From a virus, in IMG/VR virus record IMGVR_UViG_3300045391_006990, positions 47,272 through 111,271 of that record: a stretch of DNA of 64,000 nucleotides; one strand, given 5' to 3'. Under the pieces are notes generated by a model. It worked only from the letters and a program-made list of their open reading frames with translations, did not search any database and had not been told where the DNA came from. How positions within the stretch are numbered: position 1 is the first letter of the stretch; every line of letters begins with the position of its first letter. Below, one piece after another: positions 58,195 to 64,000 of the stretch. The position numbers and the translations under genes were made by a program.

Positions 58195-58956
58195 TCACAT
58201 GTGTTTTTTGATCTTGTCAGCGATGGAGGTCTTGAGGCGGCTCACCTTTGGTTGTGAGTGCCCAAGCTCCGACGCTAGCGTCGTCGTGTCTGTGATCTTG
58301 CGCGCGCCATTCACACCAAAGATGTGGTTGAACACCTGCGCTTCAGCTGGCGTGAGGTAGTCGTTCGGGCGCTTCTGGATGAGTCGCACCACATCCGCTT
58401 CACGTGAAGTGGCAAAGCCTGCGGGGTCGGTCTCGAACGAGCTCGAGGGCACGTCCTTGCGCATGGCCTTGAGCAGGCTCGTGACCTTGTTCTCGGGCAT
58501 GTCGAGGTGCTCACCCAGCTCGGCATGCGTCGGCGCGCGGCCGAACTCCTCGGTCAGCTGGTTCTGCATCTGCTGCAGCGGGCCGATGTTCTTCGCCTGC
58601 CCTTCGGGGATGTACCCCACGTTCTGGTGCTTGGCGTTGAAGCGCTTGGCCTTCTGAATGCGGTTCTGTACGTGCGTGTTGAAGGCCACGCCCCTGTCCG
58701 GGTCGAACGTCTCTGCCGCACCGATGAAGTGCTTGGTGAGCTCGGCCTTGAAGGCTGCAGGCGCCACTGCGGGCGCGCGCCACTCCTTCTCTTTGCGGTT
58801 GATGAGCGGCTGGTAGCGCTGCATCAGCGGCTGCAAGAGCTCGGGCGTTCGCCCTCCGCTGTTCCAATCGTGCCAGAGCTTCAGGTCGCCAGCGGCTCTT
58901 TCCGCAGCGACCTTCGTCTTGAGCGCCAGGAACTCTTCGGCGCTGTTCTTGGGCAT
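58195..58956 (-). CDS. phage sigma-70-family factor (group 3, FliA/SigF-like)
   Basis: Region 2 AAETFDPDRGVAFNTH, region 3 LTEEFGRAPTHAELGEHLDM, region 4 HTH LASELGHSQPKVSRLK. Confidence 0.85.
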   Translation of the reverse strand: MPKNSAEEFLALKTKVAAERAAGDLKLWHDWNSGGRTPELLQPLMQRYQPLINRKEKEWRAPAVAPAAFKAELTKHFIGAAETFDPDRGVAFNTHVQNRIQKAKRFNAKHQNVGYIPEGQAKNIGPLQQMQNQLTEEFGRAPTHAELGEHLDMPENKVTSLLKAMRKDVPSSSFETDPAGFATSREADVVRLIQKRPNDYLTPAEAQVFNHIFGVNGARKITDTTTLASELGHSQPKVSRLKTSIADKIKKHM

Positions 58957-59429
58957 TACCGCCGGCCGGTGAGGTTGCGCACGCGATCTGCGAGCGTGGG
59001 CGCGGGAGCCGCGAGCTTGGCCTTGCCCAAAAGCTCTGCGCTGTGCGCGGTGAACTGGCCCGAACGACCGTGGTCGAACAGCTGCGAGACTGCGCTGCCC
59101 GCCTGCGCCTGAGCCGCCGGCAACTTGGTGAAGGCCTTGCCGAGCGCGCCGAGCCGGTCCTTCTTGGTCTCGTCGTAGGTGCTGTCGTTGTGGTGGTTGA
59201 GTTCGCCCTGCGTCTCCTCACCCCAACGCGCGTCCTCGTTCTGACCGTCTTGGCGGCCAGGTGGATCGGCGTACAGGTCGACGACCGGTTTCTTCTGCGT
59301 GGCCTCGTTGCTGTCTGGCTTGATGCCGCCTTCGGCCTCTTTCATGAGCCAGTCCTGGAGCTCGCTCCGGTGCGAGGGGCGGTAGTCCGGGGAGGTGACT
59401 TGAATTGGGGTTTCGTCGGTGCGCGCCAT
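58956..59429 (-). CDS. hypothetical protein
   Basis: GAGG SD and an upstream TATCAT; TAATG coupling to the sigma gene. Confidence 0.55.
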   Translation of the reverse strand: MARTDETPIQVTSPDYRPSHRSELQDWLMKEAEGGIKPDSNEATQKKPVVDLYADPPGRQDGQNEDARWGEETQGELNHHNDSTYDETKKDRLGALGKAFTKLPAAQAQAGSAVSQLFDHGRSGQFTAHSAELLGKAKLAAPAPTLADRVRNLTGRR

Positions 59430-59455
59430 GGTGCCTCTCTTGGGATGATACACCG

Positions 59456-59848
59456 TTACTTGATGTCGTTAAAAACGGCCTCGCCACGGCTGTCGAGCTC
59501 GTCGTCGATGCCCTGTAGAAGACCGCGTAGCCGCGAGATTTCCTCTTCCAGCTCGTGGTTCTTCGCGACCAGGCCCTCGTTGTTGGCGAGCGCATCCTTC
59601 AGCTGCTGGTCCGTGCTGTCGAGCTCGGCGCCGAGCGCGTCGGTGATCTCTTCGGCCAGCTCGCTGAACATCTTGAAGCCGTTCAGCTTCTCAATGGCAG
59701 CGTTGTAGAGCTTGATTTCCTTGAACTCGCAAATCAACGTGATCTTGCCGCGCTGCAGGCCTGAGGCGCCGGCGCTCATGCGGGCGTTCGACTCGACTCG
59801 AAACTGCAGTCCCGGCAGTCGCTCCTTCACGTCGTTGGTATTTGCCAT
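59456..59848 (-). CDS. coiled-coil hypothetical protein
   Basis: Heptad-rich C-terminus. Confidence 0.6.
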   Translation of the reverse strand: MANTNDVKERLPGLQFRVESNARMSAGASGLQRGKITLICEFKEIKLYNAAIEKLNGFKMFSELAEEITDALGAELDSTDQQLKDALANNEGLVAKNHELEEEISRLRGLLQGIDDELDSRGEAVFNDIK

Positions 59849-60453
59849 GCTCGTCTTGTCGTTCCTTCTGTGTGCAGTAGCAGCTCATCCCCCATAGCCA
59901 GCATGTCCCCGATGTAGTGCCGCGACACGTTGGCAGCCAAAGCCAAGCGCTTGCCCACCCGCGACAGCGGCACCTCCGGGTTTCGCAGCGATTGGCGTAG
60001 CAGCACGCACGCTTCGCAGATGAGTTTGTAGAGCTCCGCGTTCGTCTGGTTGTCCGCGTGGCGCAGCTGGTCGGTGTTGAGCTTCTTGTCGGGCAGGTAG
60101 TAGTACTCGGTCACTTCGGCCAGGATGTCGTCCCGCTTCTCTTCGAAGTACTTGAGCACGTGGTTGAGGCCTTCGCGAGAACGCGACCATGAGAGCACGG
60201 GCTTCTCGGTCTCTTTGATGTAGTAGCCAGGTCGCACCTTCACCACGAAGCGAAAGACCATGAGCTCCAGGCAGTAGAAGGCGCGTTGGTGTTGGCGCAC
60301 GCGCGCGGCGTTGTCGTGGCTGGCTCGCTCGATCAGCTCTTGCAGCGGCTCGGCGTACGTTTCATGCTGGATCAAGCTGAAGTCGTAGAGGTTTCGCACC
60401 GCATACAAGTACGCGCGCGTTACCGGACAAACGGTGTCCATGGGAGCCTCCAT
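59827..60453 (-). CDS. hypothetical protein
   Basis: TGGGATAAGA (60481-60490) upstream. Confidence 0.55.
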   Translation of the reverse strand: MEAPMDTVCPVTRAYLYAVRNLYDFSLIQHETYAEPLQELIERASHDNAARVRQHQRAFYCLELMVFRFVVKVRPGYYIKETEKPVLSWSRSREGLNHVLKYFEEKRDDILAEVTEYYYLPDKKLNTDQLRHADNQTNAELYKLICEACVLLRQSLRNPEVPLSRVGKRLALAANVSRHYIGDMLAMGDELLLHTEGTTRRAWQIPTT

Positions 60454-60482
60454 GACGAAGCAAAAGGCTTCGTTCCCGGTTC

Positions 60483-60887
60483 TTATCCCATGGGTGCGGA
60501 AGTTGTTGCCAGAGGCGCGATGCGGTCGATGGCCTTCTCGAGGCCACGCTTTGCGCCAAAGTACGCGAGCGAAGCACCAGGCACGGGCACTGCGTTGGCC
60601 GCGAGCGCGCCGACCGGGTCTTGCGCCACCAGCTTGGCACCGCTCGTAGCTACGTTCTTGAGCTTGCCTTCAGGCAACCTGCTCAGGCCCTTGTTGGCAA
60701 CGCCCATGATGGGCTCGGTCACCTTCTTGCCCCACCAGTTGGCGACGCCATGCTGCAGGCCTGCCAGCTCTTGGGGCGAGCGCTTCTTCATGAGCAGGCG
60801 CGGGGTGCCCGGTACATCCGTAGCCCCCAAGCGCACGAGGCGCTCGATGAGCGCCGTCTTCATGAAGGTGAACGCCTGCGCATCCAT
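60483..60887 (-). CDS. putative head-associated protein
   Basis: MDAQAFTFMKTA...; TGATG coupling. Confidence 0.55.
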   Translation of the reverse strand: MDAQAFTFMKTALIERLVRLGATDVPGTPRLLMKKRSPQELAGLQHGVANWWGKKVTEPIMGVANKGLSRLPEGKLKNVATSGAKLVAQDPVGALAANAVPVPGASLAYFGAKRGLEKAIDRIAPLATTSAPMG

Positions 60888-62701
60888 CAGAGCTGGTTCT
60901 TCTGCGCGCCGGGCATCGGTGTACCGAAACCCTTGGGTTTTGCGACGTCGGCGATCGAGGGGCCAGCAAAACCGGTGACTTTTGGAGCTCCGACGCGCTG
61001 CGAGGTGTTGAGCTTTCCAGCAGCACCCATGGCGCCGGTGGCCGCCGTCGAAGCCTCTTTCAAGCCGGCTTCGAACCCAGCGAGGAGCGCGGCCGCTTCC
61101 TTGTTGCCGCCTGTCTGCCACGCCGCGCCCTCGAGTGAGTCGTCGTTTTTGGTCATGGCCTGCCGCCGAAAAGGCGGGATGCCGCTGGTCATTTTGAACG
61201 GGCCGTACGACAGCGGACCCGAGTACTGGCTCGTCGTCATACCCGCACCAACGCCGACGCCACCCTCTTTGACGCGGTCGTGGAGGCCCTTCGCATCGGA
61301 GGCAGCGCCGAGCGCGGCCGCGCCCACGAGCGCGCCCTGCGTCTTACCCACCTTGGACTCTTCGACCTTGGCCATGCCGCGCAGCTTGCGCGCGCTCTTT
61401 CCAGTGTGGCGTGCTGCGGCGTCGCGAATGCGCGAAGCTTTGGAGCCCGTGACGAGCTCGCCGACACGCTTCAACGGACCGCCCACCTTCACCTGCAGGC
61501 TCGGCACCTGAAACGGTGGCAGTGGGCTGTGCGACTTCGCACCCGGGCCGTTCTGGGCAGGGTTCCCGCCGTAAGCTGACGCGGCGAACGCGTGCTTGAG
61601 CTTCGCCAGCGCCGGGGCTGCCAACATGCCCAGGCCGCCCACGTCGAGCGCTGCGTGAGCACCCTCACCCAACAGCTGGCGCTTCTCGGCGCCGTGCTCG
61701 GACTTGTCGCCGGCGAGGCGCGCGCGCAGTTTCGACTGCAGCGTATCGAGACCAGGCACCGCCAGCACACCGAGACCTGCCACTTCATTCAGGTGACCGA
61801 AATGCTCATTCGGCGCCGTCATGAGGTTCTTGGCCATCGTCGGCGCTGCGTGGATCGCCTGCGGCACGCGCTGCACCATGTTGCTCACGAGGCCGGCTTG
61901 CTTCGCGATCTCGACGATGACGGAGCCCACCTTGATGTTGAGCGGATGAAGTCCCTTCTCGGTGTTCACGGTGCCCATGTTCATCGACTTCTTCAGCCGC
62001 TGCGCGGCGGTGAGCATGCCCGGCGGCGTGAAGCCAGCCTGCGAGCGCCAGAGGGGTGCGGCGCCGAGCGCGGCGAGCTTCGGGCTGTCGAGCCCACCGG
62101 GGTTGGCGCGCTGTTCGTCGTCCTTCGGCGTGTCGTACTTCGCCTTGGCCGTCGCCTTACCCTCGCTGGTGCCGAAGCCTTTGGGCGTATGCCCGGTAGC
62201 GTGCGCCTGCTGCGTAGCGATGGCAAAAGCTTCGCCCTTATCCATCGACGGGTTCTTTGCGAGGATGTGCTCGGCCCGTGAGTGCAGCCAGCGGCCTGCC
62301 ACCTTGTCCTGGTTCATGAAGCTGCGGAGCGTGCCCATCTCCGCGCGCCGGTCGCTGTGGGAGCGCAGGAGCGGCAGCGCGCCGCCGCCGATCGCACCCT
62401 TCGCCGCCGAGGCCGCCAGGTTCAGCACCTTGGCCTTGGGGGTTGCCCCCTTCAGCGCGGTGCCGTGCTCGATGGCATTGCCGACGGCACCCGCCGCCGC
62501 GCCGCCCAGCGCGCCGATGCTTCCGTAGCGCGCGACCTGCCCTGCCGTCGGCTTGTTGCGCTCGAGCGTGTCCAGCCGGTCGAGGCTGCGGCGCGCCTGC
62601 TCCACCGAGACGGACGCGCTCTTGATCCATTCGGCGGCGTTCTCAGCGTCCACGCGGAGGATTTCGAGGCCTTCTGTTTCAAGCGCGCTGGAATTGTCCA
62701 T
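60887..62701 (-). CDS. Gly/Ala-rich putative internal head protein with repeated K-x-A/G sites
   Basis: 604 aa; about 10 K-x-(A/G) sites between Gly/Ala-rich segments; AFAIATQQ motif. Confidence 0.6.
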   Translation of the reverse strand: MDNSSALETEGLEILRVDAENAAEWIKSASVSVEQARRSLDRLDTLERNKPTAGQVARYGSIGALGGAAAGAVGNAIEHGTALKGATPKAKVLNLAASAAKGAIGGGALPLLRSHSDRRAEMGTLRSFMNQDKVAGRWLHSRAEHILAKNPSMDKGEAFAIATQQAHATGHTPKGFGTSEGKATAKAKYDTPKDDEQRANPGGLDSPKLAALGAAPLWRSQAGFTPPGMLTAAQRLKKSMNMGTVNTEKGLHPLNIKVGSVIVEIAKQAGLVSNMVQRVPQAIHAAPTMAKNLMTAPNEHFGHLNEVAGLGVLAVPGLDTLQSKLRARLAGDKSEHGAEKRQLLGEGAHAALDVGGLGMLAAPALAKLKHAFAASAYGGNPAQNGPGAKSHSPLPPFQVPSLQVKVGGPLKRVGELVTGSKASRIRDAAARHTGKSARKLRGMAKVEESKVGKTQGALVGAAALGAASDAKGLHDRVKEGGVGVGAGMTTSQYSGPLSYGPFKMTSGIPPFRRQAMTKNDDSLEGAAWQTGGNKEAAALLAGFEAGLKEASTAATGAMGAAGKLNTSQRVGAPKVTGFAGPSIADVAKPKGFGTPMPGAQKNQL

Positions 62702-62702
62702 T

Positions 62703-63470
62703 TCAGGCTCCGGCCGCCATCGGGGGCGGCATCACGCTGTAGCCGGTACGGGGCATGGGTGCTTGCTTGGGGACCAGGCCTACGGCTTTGCGCGCCTTGT
62801 CCGCCAGACCGTGGGCTGCGTTGCCGACGACGTCGTGTGCCGCATGCGCAACAGTGTGGCCGGCGCTATGGAGGGCCTCGCCGACGGCGGGCAGGGCCGT
62901 CGAGGCTCCGCCGAGCATCTTGCCGCCGACGGCGCCAGCGACGGACAGGGGCGCATGCACGGCGCTACCCAGGCCGGCTAGCCCGGCAACCTCGCCGGCC
63001 ATGCCCATCGGCTTCGCCGCGCGCTGCAAGCCTTTGCCTGCCGTCTGCATGGCGCCACCCACGCGCCCGCCGAGCCCGGTACCAGCTCCATGGAGCTCCT
63101 TGCCAGCCGATCGCGTGAGGCCTTCGCTGATCCCACCGAGCGCGCCACCCAGCGGGTTCATGATGTTGCCGAGGGTGCTCTTATGTGCGTAATGGTGGCC
63201 CGCCGACTGCGCCACCTCGCCGGCGACGCGTGCGCCGAGGCCTGCAGGTGCGAACTTGCCAGGAGCCACCAGCTTGTTGCCGGCCAGCATCTTGCCGCCA
63301 GCCATCAGGTCCTTGCCGAAGCTCTGGAAGAGACCGGGTCCGCCTTTGAACGGGTTGCTGCCGCCACCGAGGATGGCGATCTTCTCGAGCCCCGGCAGGG
63401 TACCGCCGTGCGCGACCGCAATCTTCTGGAGCTCGTCGAGAAATGCCTGGTGAATTACTTCTTGCATCAC
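62703..63470 (-). CDS. Gly/Ala-rich putative internal head protein
   Basis: AFLDELQKIA...LEKIA followed by glycine-zipper-like sequence. Confidence 0.6.
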   Translation of the reverse strand: MMQEVIHQAFLDELQKIAVAHGGTLPGLEKIAILGGGSNPFKGGPGLFQSFGKDLMAGGKMLAGNKLVAPGKFAPAGLGARVAGEVAQSAGHHYAHKSTLGNIMNPLGGALGGISEGLTRSAGKELHGAGTGLGGRVGGAMQTAGKGLQRAAKPMGMAGEVAGLAGLGSAVHAPLSVAGAVGGKMLGGASTALPAVGEALHSAGHTVAHAAHDVVGNAAHGLADKARKAVGLVPKQAPMPRTGYSVMPPPMAAGA

Positions 63471-64000
63471 AGCCTCGTGGTCGCACCGGTACCAGACGAT
63501 GCTAGCGCGCCGTTGGTGGGAATGGTGGTTGCGTTGCCGCGTCCGTCTTCGTTCTTCTCGATGCCAGCCGCGCCGGGATTGGTGCCGTCGCGGGACGGTA
63601 CATCACCAGACTTTGCGGGTTCTGCCTTCTCCACACTGTCGACGTAGGAGGCCATCGCAAGCTTCGTGTGTTTGCGCTTCTCATCGAGCTTGCGCTTGAG
63701 CTCATCGACCGTGATGGTGGAGATGGGGCCGAGAAGTTTGGGGCCGACTTTGTTGTAGTGGTCGAGGTAAGCAGACTTGGCGTCGGCTTTTGATTTGAAG
63801 CCGAGCATCACCTTGTCTTCGTCGTGCTTGCCGTTATCGAGGCGGCGCTGGTGCACAACGAAGGCATGCGGAGCTTCAGCGTGAGGACCGACATACGCAT
63901 CGATCTCCTCGCCGTCGTTGCCCTCGGTGCCCTTGATGTAACCGTACTGGTGTTTGAAGATGGTGCGCCACTTCTTGCCGTCGCTGTCGACGCCTTTGCG
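63467..64000 (-). CDS. InPase-like (inorganic pyrophosphatase-related) domain protein, 5' end outside the window
   Basis: Manual extension: RKGVDSDGKKW..YGYIKGTEGNDGEEIDAYVGP..VVHQ..DEDKVMLGF..AYL.HY. Confidence 0.75.
   Translation of the reverse strand, partial: RKGVDSDGKKWRTIFKHQYGYIKGTEGNDGEEIDAYVGPHAEAPHAFVVHQRRLDNGKHDEDKVMLGFKSKADAKSAYLDHYNKVGPKLLGPISTITVDELKRKLDEKRKHTKLAMASYVDSVEKAEPAKSGDVPSRDGTNPGAAGIEKNEDGRGNATTIPTNGALASSGTGATTRL

Noticed and set aside
1-64000. Alternative genetic code (stop-codon recoding)
   Set aside because: Conserved genes (thyX, rnhB, sigma, HerA-like) read through intact in the standard code, and all three stop codons end coupled genes.

Overview
This GC-rich (roughly 60%) window reads as part of a large tailed-phage genome, probably a jumbo phage. 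It is densely packed with short, translationally coupled hypothetical genes, mostly on the minus strand. No CRISPR array, integrase, transposase, terminase or major capsid gene was recognised. A Myxococcota-like host is only a guess, from the GC content, the lipoprotein style and an sce7726-like gene. Recognisable genes: HerA/DUF87-type ATPase (cut by the left edge), HNH endonuclease, cupin-like protein, PTH2-type peptidyl-tRNA hydrolase, two HExxH metalloproteases, macrodomain, stand-alone response-regulator receiver, beta-helix tail spike, Lar-like protein, P-loop kinase, YkgJ-like protein, collagen-like lipoprotein, RNase HII, ThyX, DUF932-like protein, group-3-like sigma factor, and Gly/Ala-rich putative head proteins ending in an InPase-like domain at the right edge. 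The strongest unexplained signal is an ~11.6 kb array (36.2-47.9 kb) of about 19 small, otherwise dissimilar proteins sharing the peptide tag A-x-x-M-E-x-(A/S/V)-L. The tag often follows a His/Cys zinc-finger module and is attached to variable cargo. Some cargo resembles fragments of conserved phage proteins, including a 197-aa mosaic of family A DNA polymerase motifs and tail-fibre-like pieces. Other notable signals: 12 copies of a GGG(N)ATAAGA promoter-like motif, 10 leaderless-type TAnnnT starts, and an attenuator-like leader (MKL*, CUU UGA C) ahead of an atypical tRNA-Phe and two tRNA-like elements. All family assignments come from motif recognition by eye; no database search was run.
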